Position numbers and translations under genes: made by a program. A stretch of 49,893 nt of DNA from Oligoflexales bacterium. Lineage in GTDB: Bacteria; Bdellovibrionota_B; Oligoflexia; Oligoflexales; Bog-1112. The stretch covers positions 1-49,893 of the forward strand of contig JBGCDR010000191.1 in the NCBI GenBank assembly GCA_045105515.1. The letters run 5' to 3'. Positions 29,478 to 39,447 of the stretch are shown here, in pieces; position 1 is the first letter of the stretch; each line of letters starts with the position of its first letter. The notes under the pieces are model-generated. The model saw nothing but the letters and a program-made list of their open reading frames with translations, was not told the origin of the DNA and did no database searches.

Positions 29478-31238
29478 GTGAAAAATTTGCAGCGAATTAT
29501 GACCATAATATTCTGCTGGCTTACAACGCTTGCTTGCCAGACCCAGAATGAGACAACACTTAACGAAGACCAGTTTGACCAACTGGACAACAGGACTGCG
29601 ATAGACCCTAACAGACTCCCTCCGAGCATGTGGAGCCAAGCACAAAGACAAGCAAGCGCTGGCTACTATTACTTGGTCGGCGAATATACGGCAATGAAAG
29701 GCGACTTAAAAGTAGCTTTAGACCTCTACAAAGCTGCATACCAGTTAGATCCAGTAGAGTTTCTTGCGGAAAAATACCTCGGTACTGAGACGAGAATATC
29801 TGAGGGCCAAGAAACTTTGCTCCACGCAAAAAAAATGACTCTTCTCTATCCAAAGTCTGCTTATTTACATCTTTTGCTTGGCGAATTGCTCATCAAATAC
29901 AAGGAATATGATGATGCACTAGCGGAAACAAGACTCGCATTAAAACTGAACCCTAGATATGAAAAAGCTTTTATCCAGCTGGTAAGCATTTATCAGAAGA
30001 AGGGACAGCTAGAGAAATCCTTACAAGCAGCAAAATCACTAGTTGAAAAAATCCCAGGATCAGTATTTGGCTGGTCTTTATTGAGCAGAATCTATCTACA
30101 TAAGAAGAATTATAAGAAGGCGTTAAGAGCAGTAGATAAAGCGCATAGTCTGCAAAATAACAACCCTGAGCTGGTAATTTTATATGCGTATCTTGCAGAA
30201 AAAAACAACAGACCTAAAAAGGCACTAAACTTATATATCCAGTTTTTCCGCCGCAATGTTAAACATGAAGAAATTGTTTCAAGGACAATCCTACTCCTAA
30301 AAACCTTTGGGAGTTTAGATAATGCTCTTAACAAAGTGGAACAATTGGTTAAAAAACCAAGACTTTCTGGCTTAACTAGCTTACAAGTTCAAAGAGTTTT
30401 TCTCCTTTGGGAACTGAAAAGAGTTGCCGAAGGCTCAAAATTGCTAAAAGAACTAGTGAATCGCAATCCCCATTCAGCTCAATTAGTGTTTTTCTCGGGG
30501 ATGAGTTACGAGCGTCTAGGAAACAAGAATCAAGCTATAGAGCAATACAAAATTGTCCCCGAAGAGTCTGACTACTATATCCCAGCTCAATATAAAATTT
30601 GTCAAATTCTCAGGGAGCAAAAGCAATATAAAAAAGCCATTGAAGTCATTAATGAGATATTAGATCACAAATACGCTTCATGGGAGCTATATATTTTAGC
30701 TGCAAATATTTTTGGCGATCTTGATGAATTTGAGCAGGCTATTCAGGTGTTGCAAAAGGGATATAAGAGATACCAGCTTAAAACAAGGTTATTGTTTATG
30801 CGAGGTGTCTATGAAGAAAAATCTAAAGATTACGAAGCATGTATTGAAACCATGAAAGAAGTCATTGCCAAAGATCCACAATTCAGCAGTGCCTATAATT
30901 ACCTTGGGTATCTGTATGCTGAACGTGGAGAAAATCTCGAAGAAGCTGAAAAGCTCATTTTACAAGCTTTGATACTGAAGCCAAATGATGGTTATTACTT
31001 CGACTCTTTAGGGTGGGTCTATTACATGCAGGGTAAATATAAACAAGCTATTAAATACCTGCAAAAATCTGTGTCCCTCTTACCTAATGAAGGTGTCATC
31101 TTAGAACACCTTGCGGACGCATATTTAGCTATTGAACAAAAGGATAAAGCGCTAGAGCTTTATCAAAAAGCACTAAAAGGCAACTTAGATGAAGCTGATT
31201 CCAAGCGAGTTAAAGATAAAATCAATGATCTCAATTAG
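29478..31238 (+). CDS. TPR-repeat lipoprotein (LbcA/PA4667-like)
   Basis: Lipobox TLA-C, many TPRs, and C-terminal AYNYLGY..AE...LEEA and DSLGWVYY motifs. Confidence 0.88.
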   Translation: MKNLQRIMTIIFCWLTTLACQTQNETTLNEDQFDQLDNRTAIDPNRLPPSMWSQAQRQASAGYYYLVGEYTAMKGDLKVALDLYKAAYQLDPVEFLAEKYLGTETRISEGQETLLHAKKMTLLYPKSAYLHLLLGELLIKYKEYDDALAETRLALKLNPRYEKAFIQLVSIYQKKGQLEKSLQAAKSLVEKIPGSVFGWSLLSRIYLHKKNYKKALRAVDKAHSLQNNNPELVILYAYLAEKNNRPKKALNLYIQFFRRNVKHEEIVSRTILLLKTFGSLDNALNKVEQLVKKPRLSGLTSLQVQRVFLLWELKRVAEGSKLLKELVNRNPHSAQLVFFSGMSYERLGNKNQAIEQYKIVPEESDYYIPAQYKICQILREQKQYKKAIEVINEILDHKYASWELYILAANIFGDLDEFEQAIQVLQKGYKRYQLKTRLLFMRGVYEEKSKDYEACIETMKEVIAKDPQFSSAYNYLGYLYAERGENLEEAEKLILQALILKPNDGYYFDSLGWVYYMQGKYKQAIKYLQKSVSLLPNEGVILEHLADAYLAIEQKDKALELYQKALKGNLDEADSKRVKDKINDLN

Positions 31239-31944
31239 GATACGAAAAACTTCTGTTAAAATTTCATGCTTTTTACTTTACTCCTTCTTTATGTCTTCTT
31301 GCGTCGATTTTAAGGCTGTAGAGCCTATAGAAAAAATTCCGCTTTCCAAGTCTCATCTCAGTTTTTTCGATAAATGCTACCCATCTGAAGGGGGAGGTAG
31401 AATTATCTGGCTCAAGGAAAAGGCTCCTCTAGCAGAAGGAAGGCTTGATTGGATAGCATCAAAGCAAATAACTTGGCAAACCCAGCTCAGCGATCCATTT
31501 GGAATGATTCTCCTAGATCTCAAATGGGACAAGTCACCTCCAGCTTTTAGACAAGAGGGAAAGTTATTGAGAAAGATTCCAGATCTAACTGTAAACTCCC
31601 AAGGGTTTTGGGAGGTAAATGGCTTAATGGTTGGCTTAAAACCGGAAGAGGCGCCCTGCCTGCTGAAGGCTAAATTTCCGATTTCTTGGCGTGAGATGAT
31701 TTATAAAAGGGAAGCTAACCGAAAAAGTAGCACTGTTTATATTTCAGAATCATCAAGAAAAATTGATATCACTTTTCAAAGATCAAAAAAAGGAAACTAT
31801 GAAGCTTGCGCTCTCTTGCAATGGAATCAATTCTGGGGCATCAAAACGGGAAAGATCAACTGGTGTATAAACATAAATGATACAAAAAGTAGATTAGATA
31901 TGCCTGATGAACACACTCTTATTTGGGAAAATAATGATGCATGA
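31189..31944 (+). CDS. LolB-like lipoprotein (putative)
   Basis: Lipobox MSS-C (the true start is probably downstream of 31189), the strand motif QLSDPFGMILLDL, and a position directly after the TPR gene. Confidence 0.45.
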   Translation: MKLIPSELKIKSMISIRIRKTSVKISCFLLYSFFMSSCVDFKAVEPIEKIPLSKSHLSFFDKCYPSEGGGRIIWLKEKAPLAEGRLDWIASKQITWQTQLSDPFGMILLDLKWDKSPPAFRQEGKLLRKIPDLTVNSQGFWEVNGLMVGLKPEEAPCLLKAKFPISWREMIYKREANRKSSTVYISESSRKIDITFQRSKKGNYEACALLQWNQFWGIKTGKINWCININDTKSRLDMPDEHTLIWENNDA

Positions 31945-32404
31945 TATTTTCGATTTGCTAACACATAACAGAAATATTTCCCAGTCTACATGTAAGATGG
32001 TACGTAAATACTGCGAAAAATGGCAAATTTCTGGATTTCATGGACTACTAGAAACCCATATTTTTGAAGAAGGTATGCTTGCCGACCTCTTGGCAAACCA
32101 CTTAAAAATGGATCGAGTTTACACAATATTTTCAAACACCTCCGGCACCAAAGCCAGAAAGAACATTCCCTTCGACCAAGCTAGAGAATGGGAATGCTTC
32201 CCAAGCATGGTAATGGAAGATTCGGGATGGGTTGAAATAGTCATCGCTGACCCAACGAAGAGACAAAGGATTGATTTCTTTAGGCAGGTTTTTAAACATG
32301 GAGTACACTTTTCGGTTGGCGCTAGATGCGATATTGTTAGGGCAATAGACGAATATTATTCAATTGAAGATCAGCTCCCCTTTTTATCACAAGAAAATCC
32401 ATAG
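31934..32404 (+). CDS. Stand-alone GspE/PilB N-terminal (T2SSE_N, degenerate MshEN) domain protein
   Basis: LL...IFEE..LA..LA..L, IP...A.E..CFP, IVIADP and DI..AI..YY pattern; no ATPase domain. Confidence 0.75.
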   Translation: MMHDIFDLLTHNRNISQSTCKMVRKYCEKWQISGFHGLLETHIFEEGMLADLLANHLKMDRVYTIFSNTSGTKARKNIPFDQAREWECFPSMVMEDSGWVEIVIADPTKRQRIDFFRQVFKHGVHFSVGARCDIVRAIDEYYSIEDQLPFLSQENP

Positions 32405-32412
32405 GTGAAAAT

Positions 32413-33387
32413 GTGACTGCAAGTTTGTTAGAAGTCAAAGACTTAGTTACCTCTTTTAAGACAGATTATGGCAGCTTAAAAGCAGTAGATCAGATAAGTT
32501 TTAACATTAAAGAAAAACAGACAGTTGCAATTGTTGGAGAGTCTGGCTGCGGAAAAAGTGTGACCGCATTATCAATTCTACGATTAATCGAATCACCCCC
32601 AGGGTATATCGAATCAGGTAAGGTTTTTTATAAAGGTCAAGATTTACAAAGCCTTTCTCGAGAGGATATGCGCAAGATCCGCGGCAATGAAATTAGTATG
32701 ATTTTTCAAGAACCCATGACAAGCCTTAATCCTGTATTTACTATTGGCAACCAAATGAATGAAGTATTTAAAATTCATCAAAAACTGAATACCAAGGAAG
32801 CTACTGAAAAATCTATCGAAATGCTGAAACTGGTTAATATTCCTGCTCCCGAAAAACGCATAAAAGAATATCCCCATCAATTGTCTGGGGGGATGCGCCA
32901 AAGGATCATGATCAGCATGGCACTTGCCTGCGAGCCACATTTATTAATTGCCGATGAACCTACCACTGCGCTAGATGTTACAATTCAAGCCCAGATTCTC
33001 TCTCTTATGGTTAATCTGCAAAAAGACATGGGAATGGCGATTCTGATGATTACCCATGATATGGGGGTAGTAGCTGAACTTTGTGACTATGTTTTCGTGA
33101 TGTATGCTGGGCAGATAATAGAAAAAGCACCAGTTAAAGATATTTTTCAAGATCCTAAGCACCCATATACGGAAGGCCTACTTAACTCAATACCTAAGCT
33201 AGGCCAACACCAAAGCAAACTCTCAACAATTAAGGGAATGGTTCCCAGCTTAAATGCTCTCCCTCAGGGATGCCGCTTTAAGGATCGTTGCCCTAAAGCA
33301 ATGCCTGAATGCGGCAAAGTGAATCCCAAACCCATCAAAATAGCAAACGAAAGAGAAGTTTCATGCTTACTCTACAATAAGGATTAA
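32413..33387 (+). CDS. Oligo/dipeptide ABC transporter ATPase (OppD/DppD)
   Basis: [35 protein letters not shown] and C-terminal HPYT/GC.F..RC. Confidence 0.95.
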   Translation: MTASLLEVKDLVTSFKTDYGSLKAVDQISFNIKEKQTVAIVGESGCGKSVTALSILRLIESPPGYIESGKVFYKGQDLQSLSREDMRKIRGNEISMIFQEPMTSLNPVFTIGNQMNEVFKIHQKLNTKEATEKSIEMLKLVNIPAPEKRIKEYPHQLSGGMRQRIMISMALACEPHLLIADEPTTALDVTIQAQILSLMVNLQKDMGMAILMITHDMGVVAELCDYVFVMYAGQIIEKAPVKDIFQDPKHPYTEGLLNSIPKLGQHQSKLSTIKGMVPSLNALPQGCRFKDRCPKAMPECGKVNPKPIKIANEREVSCLLYNKD

Positions 33388-33390
33388 TTC

Positions 33391-34374
33391 ATGTCTGAGA
33401 CTTTACTGGAACTGCAAAACCTCCAGAAGTACTTTCCAATCAAGGGTGGATTTTTTAGTAAAACTATAAGCCAAGTGTATGCCGTCGATGGAGTCAGCCT
33501 CAAGATCAGAAAAGGAGAAACTCTTGGTTTAGTAGGAGAGTCAGGCTGTGGTAAATCGACTTTAGGAAAGACGGCACTACGACTTTACGAACCAAGCGGC
33601 GGTAAAATAATCTTTAATGGAAAAGATATCAGCACTTTACCTATGAAAAAACTGCGCAGTGAACGTCGCAATATGCAAATTATTTTCCAGGATCCCTTTT
33701 CTTCTCTCAACCCTCGGATGACGGTCGGATCCATTTTGAAGGAACCTTTTATCATTCATAATATCGGTAGCAAGAAAGAACAACAAGTAAAGCTAGAGCA
33801 ACTTCTTGAACTAGTAGGTTTGAACACAGAAGCACAAGATCGGTATCCTCATGAATTTTCCGGAGGTCAAAGACAAAGAATTGGAATAGCCAGAGCGTTA
33901 GCACTAGAGCCAAGTTTGATTATTGCAGATGAGCCGGTAAGTGCACTAGATGTATCTATTCAATCTCAGATCTTAAACCTACTATCTGATTTACGGAAAA
34001 AATTTAGCTTATCTTACCTTTTTATTGCTCATGACTTAGCTGTCATCGAACATATTAGTCATTATGTCGCAGTCATGTACCTTGGTAGAATTGTTGAATA
34101 CACTGAAAGCGAGGAACTTTATGCTCACCCTTTGCACCCATACACCCAAGCTTTGATTAATGCTATACCCATCCCGAATTTTGACGAATCAAGACGAACC
34201 GTTCACAAAAAAGTTTTAGTAGGAGATGTTCCAAGCCCCATGAACCCACCGAAAGGTTGTCACTTCCACACACGATGTCCCTTAGCAACCGAACGCTGCA
34301 AACAGGAAGCCCCTAAATTACGTGATTTAGGCACTGCTAAAAAGCCTCACACCGTTGCATGCCATTTTGCATAA
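33391..34374 (+). CDS. Oligo/dipeptide ABC transporter ATPase (OppF/DppF)
   Basis: [31 protein letters not shown] and GC.FH.RC. Confidence 0.95.
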   Translation: MSETLLELQNLQKYFPIKGGFFSKTISQVYAVDGVSLKIRKGETLGLVGESGCGKSTLGKTALRLYEPSGGKIIFNGKDISTLPMKKLRSERRNMQIIFQDPFSSLNPRMTVGSILKEPFIIHNIGSKKEQQVKLEQLLELVGLNTEAQDRYPHEFSGGQRQRIGIARALALEPSLIIADEPVSALDVSIQSQILNLLSDLRKKFSLSYLFIAHDLAVIEHISHYVAVMYLGRIVEYTESEELYAHPLHPYTQALINAIPIPNFDESRRTVHKKVLVGDVPSPMNPPKGCHFHTRCPLATERCKQEAPKLRDLGTAKKPHTVACHFA

Positions 34375-34407
34375 TAAAAAATTTATTGGCGCCTTGGAGT
34401 TGTAAAA

Positions 34408-35475
34408 ATGATCAACAAACGCAAAAGAATAGTTTTAACTGGTGGAGGCACTGCAGGACATGTGATTCCACACATTGCCTTACTTCCTCTGCTACGCCAA
34501 GAAGAATGGGAACTTATTTATTTAGGATCAAAGGGTATAGAGAGAGATTTGATAGGTAAAAGTGGGATTGAATTTAAAACTATCGCAACAGGTAAATTAA
34601 GGAGGTATTTTTCACTCAAAAACCTCAGTGACTTGTTTAAGGTTATAGTCGGTTGCATCCAATCACTTTTGCTTCTCTTATGGATTAGGCCTAATCTAGT
34701 ATTTAGTAAAGGTGGATTTGTTAGTGTACCGGTAACCTTCGCAGCTTGGTTACTCAAAATTCCAGTTATTACTCATGAATCCGACCAAACTCCTGGCCTA
34801 GCCAATAGGATAATCCTTAGATTTGCCAAAAAGATTCTATATTCTTTTCCTGAAACTGAAAAACACTTACCGCCTCAGAAAGCTATTTTTACAGGCACTC
34901 CCATTCGTAAAGAACTATTTGCTGGTAACCGTGAAAACGGCTTTCGCTTATGTGGCTTTGCTCCAGATAATCTGAAGCCGGTACTATTGTTCATGGGTGG
35001 TAGCTTGGGAGCAATGAAGATTAACCAGGCTCTTAAAGCTTGTGTTACAAGTCTAGTCGAAGAGTATCGGATCATCCATATCACTGGTAAGGGAAAGGGG
35101 ATCGATTTCGAGAACCCTGACTACAAAGCTTTTACATTCCTAAGTGATGAACTTAAGGATATTTTTGCCGTGACAGACTTAGTAGTTGCACGTGCCGGAG
35201 CTAATTCAATTTTTGAATTCTTGGCTTTACATAAACCAATGCTATTGATCCCACTAGAAGCTGGAAGCCGAGGAGATCAAATCTCGAATGCCAATAGCTT
35301 TGCCAAAGAAGGCTGGGCCAAGGTATTGAGAGAAGGAGAGCTGTCAGGGGACAAGTTACTATTAGAAATCAAGGCATTAAATGATGCAGCGAATGAGATT
35401 ATAGATCAACAAAAACTGCTTCAACTCAACAACTCTACCAATACCATCATCGAAATTTTGCGAGCTGAAGTCTAG
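34408..35475 (+). CDS. murG: Lipid II GlcNAc transferase MurG
   Basis: TGGGTAGH, GKLRRY, KGGFVSVP, HESD..PGLAN, GGSLGA and RGDQ..NA. Confidence 0.93.
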   Translation: MINKRKRIVLTGGGTAGHVIPHIALLPLLRQEEWELIYLGSKGIERDLIGKSGIEFKTIATGKLRRYFSLKNLSDLFKVIVGCIQSLLLLLWIRPNLVFSKGGFVSVPVTFAAWLLKIPVITHESDQTPGLANRIILRFAKKILYSFPETEKHLPPQKAIFTGTPIRKELFAGNRENGFRLCGFAPDNLKPVLLFMGGSLGAMKINQALKACVTSLVEEYRIIHITGKGKGIDFENPDYKAFTFLSDELKDIFAVTDLVVARAGANSIFEFLALHKPMLLIPLEAGSRGDQISNANSFAKEGWAKVLREGELSGDKLLLEIKALNDAANEIIDQQKLLQLNNSTNTIIEILRAEV

Positions 35476-36257
35476 AACACATCCTCTAGTTGGTAGTAAC
35501 TTATTAGAAAGTCTACTAGAAGAATTGCTACGAGAGAAATGACCACAGCCTCCGTTGTAGCCTTACCGACGCCTTTAGCACCACCACCAGCATTAAATCC
35601 TTTATAGCAACCAACAGTTGAAAAAATTGCACCAAAAATAACTGCTTTTTGCAGACCTTGTATGATGTGTATTGGCTTGCTAATCCATCTTATTTTTTCG
35701 ATGAATATTCCCACATCAACATCGAAAATAACAACGCCAATAACAAAACACGACATAATACCGCATATTGTAAAAAAGCTACACAAAAGCGGCATCATGA
35801 TCATGGAAGCCAAGACTCTTGGTGAAGCTAAATAACCTATTGGATTCACAGCCATAACTTTCATAGCATCGATTTGCTCATTCACTTTCATAGTTGCGGT
35901 TTCGGCAGCCATAGCAGACCCAGATCGGCCTGTAACTAGAAAAGATCCTATCACTGGAGCTAACTCCTTCGACAATGCAAATGAAGCCGCAGCTCCTATC
36001 ATCGATTCAGCCCCAAAAATTCTGAAGATCGAGCCAAATTGGATACCAAAAACTGCACCGATCATAATAGACGCTAAGACAATAACCCAAAAACTGTTGA
36101 CCCCAACAAATTCCATCTGCTTGACCAAAAGCTTAATGGATACTGGTGGAAAAAAAACTCTCCGCATGGTTTCAGCACAAAAAATAACATAACTGCCCCA
36201 GGCAGATAAAGCTTGAACACCTGGTAATTTATGAGTGGTGGATTGACTCAAAGACAC
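35472..36257 (-). CDS. mlaE: MlaE family ABC permease
   Basis: ELAPV, GRSGSAMAAE, MKVNEQIDA, PRVLA and GA.GVGKATT.AVV. Confidence 0.93.
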   Translation of the reverse strand: MSLSQSTTHKLPGVQALSAWGSYVIFCAETMRRVFFPPVSIKLLVKQMEFVGVNSFWVIVLASIMIGAVFGIQFGSIFRIFGAESMIGAAASFALSKELAPVIGSFLVTGRSGSAMAAETATMKVNEQIDAMKVMAVNPIGYLASPRVLASMIMMPLLCSFFTICGIMSCFVIGVVIFDVDVGIFIEKIRWISKPIHIIQGLQKAVIFGAIFSTVGCYKGFNAGGGAKGVGKATTEAVVISLVAILLVDFLISYYQLEDVF

Positions 36258-36326
36258 CTCCTTGACAATATTCTCTTCACGATCATATCGCAGGATTCAA
36301 GGAGGAAGAACTACAAAGGATACCTA

Positions 36327-37025
36327 CTATGGCTGCGGTCCAGCAGGAGGGTTCCATGGAGATTCGCCCTGAGGACGAGGAATCATTTTCTCTGACAAAG
36401 AAGAAGTCATAACATAACGTCCTGACGTGATTTCTGCCCATTCTCCTTGGATTGAAACCACAAGAGGGTCGCCCTGATAAAGAGTTGATAAGCTTGAGGC
36501 TCCAGCGTCTGGTCGATCATAGACTGGAGTTCCATCCGCAGTAACAAAGCGCACCACCCGATCAGAACTATCAGCAGGAGCATCTCCCATGGATGGGACT
36601 GACGCAACTTCTGTAGCAAGGGGGTTTAGGTTGCCATCATAAGAGCCTTGAAGGTCGTTACCAAGAGTATCATCAGTTAGAGCTTGATTTCCTTGTTCAA
36701 GTCCTCCAAGCCCCTCTCCTAATTCGTTGGCAGTATCCAAATTGGCGTCGTCATACTCTCCAGCCCCTTCTTCTTCCATAGTTTGGTTCGAAAGATCATT
36801 CGCATCTTGATATTCTTCCATTCCTTCTTCATCCACTTCTCCACCTTCTGCCACATCTTCTTCTTGATCGTAGTCATCCTCTTGATCCTGTGCAAACTGC
36901 TCATCTTCCTGTTCAAATTGTTCATCTGCTTGCTGACTTCCATCTCCTGAAGCGCAAGACCAAAGCATCAGGCTGAACAACAAAAAGAAACAATTTAAGA
37001 GTGTTGAAATGCACCTCATATTCAT
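36327..37025 (-). CDS. Lipoprotein with acidic disordered linker and C-terminal SH3-like domain
   Basis: Lipobox LWS-C, a long D/E/Q-rich tract, then FVTADGTPVYDRPD...LYQGDPL...GEWAEI..G.YV...LS (bacterial SH3 pattern). Start set at ATG 37025. Confidence 0.75.
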   Translation of the reverse strand: MNMRCISTLLNCFFLLFSLMLWSCASGDGSQQADEQFEQEDEQFAQDQEDDYDQEEDVAEGGEVDEEGMEEYQDANDLSNQTMEEEGAGEYDDANLDTANELGEGLGGLEQGNQALTDDTLGNDLQGSYDGNLNPLATEVASVPSMGDAPADSSDRVVRFVTADGTPVYDRPDAGASSLSTLYQGDPLVVSIQGEWAEITSGRYVMTSSLSEKMIPRPQGESPWNPPAGPQP

Positions 37026-37202
37026 GACCTTTCTTTCCTTACTTGGGAATGCGCTGAACGGCATTCCGATCTTCAGACTGTCATATCTTACAAAGGCATT
37101 CGGAATGGTATGTAAGATACATTAGCTTCTCTAGCTTTATGTGAACCATCGATGAATCATTTTCAAAAAGTTCCGCTTGAAATCATTATTTTTTGCATTA
37201 GG

Positions 37203-37230
37203 TAAATTTTATAGCCATGCTTGCCGAAGT
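37203..37230 (+). promoter_or_regulatory. sigma28-like promoter
   Basis: TAAA-N16-GCCGAAGT upstream of the 37325 ORF. Confidence 0.4.
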
Positions 37231-37324
37231 AGAATATGGAGATCAAAGTATGAATATGAATAGAGTGAACCGTTTATTTCAAATAGAAATTTTCAGTAAG
37301 TTCTTTTTGATATAGAGGCCTTAA

Positions 37325-38311
37325 ATGAAATTGGTGACATGCCTGATCGCAATGCACTCATGCTTTTTCCTGACCTGTACCAAGCTATCAGCTGAATGTA
37401 TTGGCAACATACAGGGCCTACTAGAGATTAAGATAAACAGTTGCACAACTATCAAACCATTAGAATACTTTTCAAAGCCTGATACTGTTCCACATGAATT
37501 TTATGAACACTATGACCAAGAAACGGTGACAAATAGTTTAGGGTCCCATTCAGGAAGTTTGGTAAGCGGTATGGTAATCGGTTCAAAAGCAATTGACACC
37601 ACCCTCAACGACAGAGCTGCTTTGTTAGGGCAGGAAATTCAAGTTTTTATAAAAAAAGAATATGGGCAATGCGAGACAGAAATATTTATGAAGAAGAAAC
37701 TTCTCGGAAGAATCCGATCAATCTGTTGCAACGGTGTTATCACTGCTCCTTGCCTCTTGCCAACAAACTACCTCTTGAAGCCAATTAAAGCTGCGAACGC
37801 ACAAAAAGTTAAATCAAGGGCTAAGAGCGCATCTTCTTCTGCGGCCAATTCAGATGTTCTGGAGGCAAGAGAGCAATTTGAGGAAAAGCAGTATAGACCC
37901 AGCATAAGGGCCTACATTGCAGCAATTAACAAAGGGATCTTTTTAGAACCAACGGACTCTTACCTACTCGGCTTATCTCTTTACTTAGATGGTCAACAGT
38001 GTTCCCAAGCAATCCCGCATCTGGAAAAGGTTAGGGCCAAAGCAAATAAATTAAGTGGAGACCTCATTGCTGACTACATGAAACGTGCTATGCTCCTGCT
38101 AGCCCGTTGCTATGCTATAGAACGCGACTCCGATCGCTCAGCCTTGGTCCTTGGTGAAATGCTAGCAGATTCTGAAAATTTTACAAAAGAACTAGAAATT
38201 GCTATTTATCACGAAGATTTCGGCTGGATTAAAACAACAGCAGAATATCGCTCTTTTCTCGAAAAAGCGCGTTCACTAACAAAAGTTCCCCTCCCAAAAT
38301 CAGTCGAATAA
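37325..38311 (+). CDS. Exported Cys-rich protein with C-terminal TPR-like helices
   Basis: Signal peptide, a Cys-rich N-domain (C..C..C..CC..C) and TPR-like segments YLLGLSLY and LLLARCYA. Confidence 0.7.
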   Translation: MKLVTCLIAMHSCFFLTCTKLSAECIGNIQGLLEIKINSCTTIKPLEYFSKPDTVPHEFYEHYDQETVTNSLGSHSGSLVSGMVIGSKAIDTTLNDRAALLGQEIQVFIKKEYGQCETEIFMKKKLLGRIRSICCNGVITAPCLLPTNYLLKPIKAANAQKVKSRAKSASSSAANSDVLEAREQFEEKQYRPSIRAYIAAINKGIFLEPTDSYLLGLSLYLDGQQCSQAIPHLEKVRAKANKLSGDLIADYMKRAMLLLARCYAIERDSDRSALVLGEMLADSENFTKELEIAIYHEDFGWIKTTAEYRSFLEKARSLTKVPLPKSVE

Positions 38312-38446
38312 GCATCATAAGCTTAACTATAGAAGCATTTCCGTCTATATATACATGTGAGGAGCTTGTTAATATTGAGTATAAGCTGTAAACGTTTTAT
38401 GTTGACTTAGCAAAATGAACAGCCAATTTAACCAAAAGAGAGGAAT

Positions 38447-38695
38447 ATGGACGCGTCTCAAATAGAAAGCAAACTTTTAGAGAATTTTCCCGATGCTCAG
38501 GTCCAAGCTCGAGACCTAACAGGAGGAGGAGACCATTGGCAAGTAGACATAGCTACCTCTCAGTTCACAGGAAAAAGCTTGGTTGAACAGCACCAAATGG
38601 TCTATAGGGCTTTGGGTGAGTGGATGAAAGAAGAAATTCATGCCTTGGCACTTAATACAAAAACCATAGCCCCACCCGAAACGAGTGAGTCATAA
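38447..38695 (+). CDS. BolA/IbaG family protein
   Basis: GGDHW, F.GKSLVEQHQMVY.AL and IHAL.L.T; AGAGG RBS. Confidence 0.93.
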   Translation: MDASQIESKLLENFPDAQVQARDLTGGGDHWQVDIATSQFTGKSLVEQHQMVYRALGEWMKEEIHALALNTKTIAPPETSES

Positions 38696-38702
38696 AAAAA
38701 AC

Positions 38703-39242
38703 TTAATGCCCTTTTGTTAGGACAGTATCAGCTTGATGCTTGTTTGCTTTCTTTAGAAGCCTATCTTGTTTGCTACAGATATAGCTTTTCGGGAAATTTT
38801 CACTTTGAGTACAAAGAAAACTGTCTGTTGATGGCCTGATAACAAACTGTTCTTGTCTAGCAAATTTTTGCGTATTCATAGGTGCTTGCCCAAGGTTTTC
38901 ACCTTTTCCTTGCTCTTGATTTTTCGAAGCAATTGGACTCCAAGCTCCTCGATTACAAAAATATAGGCCTTGAGCTTCGCGATCATACATAACCAGAGCT
39001 GGACTATCTGCCTCGCAAGTGAACTTGCTATCAATACTAGCTTGCTTGATATTACTATCTTGCTCCTCTTGTAGCCTATCTAAACCTTCTTGTTCCGATT
39101 GCTCTATGACTTCAAAAGGATGAGGAGCATTCTGCTCAACTGAATCAGGGCCTTTTTCTGAGTTGTCAAACCCAAACCGGCTAGCCATATTATTACAGGC
39201 AAAAATAAAGAAAAGCATAACAATCATATATATGATCTTCAC
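38703..39242 (-). CDS. Hypothetical lipoprotein
   Basis: Lipobox IFA-C, GGAGG RBS and a C...YD...LYFC..G.W motif. Confidence 0.7.
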   Translation of the reverse strand: MKIIYMIVMLFFIFACNNMASRFGFDNSEKGPDSVEQNAPHPFEVIEQSEQEGLDRLQEEQDSNIKQASIDSKFTCEADSPALVMYDREAQGLYFCNRGAWSPIASKNQEQGKGENLGQAPMNTQKFARQEQFVIRPSTDSFLCTQSENFPKSYICSKQDRLLKKANKHQADTVLTKGH

Positions 39243-39447
39243 CGAACCCTCCTACCAGCGATTTTGAGAACAATTCTTTCCTAGTAAGTCGGCAAAAAAA
39301 AACTAAGTATGAATTGCCTAGTTCAATTTCTTCATGCTAAGGCCTGCAAAAAAAATATATTCCATTAATATTAATAGCTTTAGATCTATTAATTAATAAA
39401 AACCCAAACCAACCGATTGCACCCTTTGCCATGATCTAAGGAGGTCT

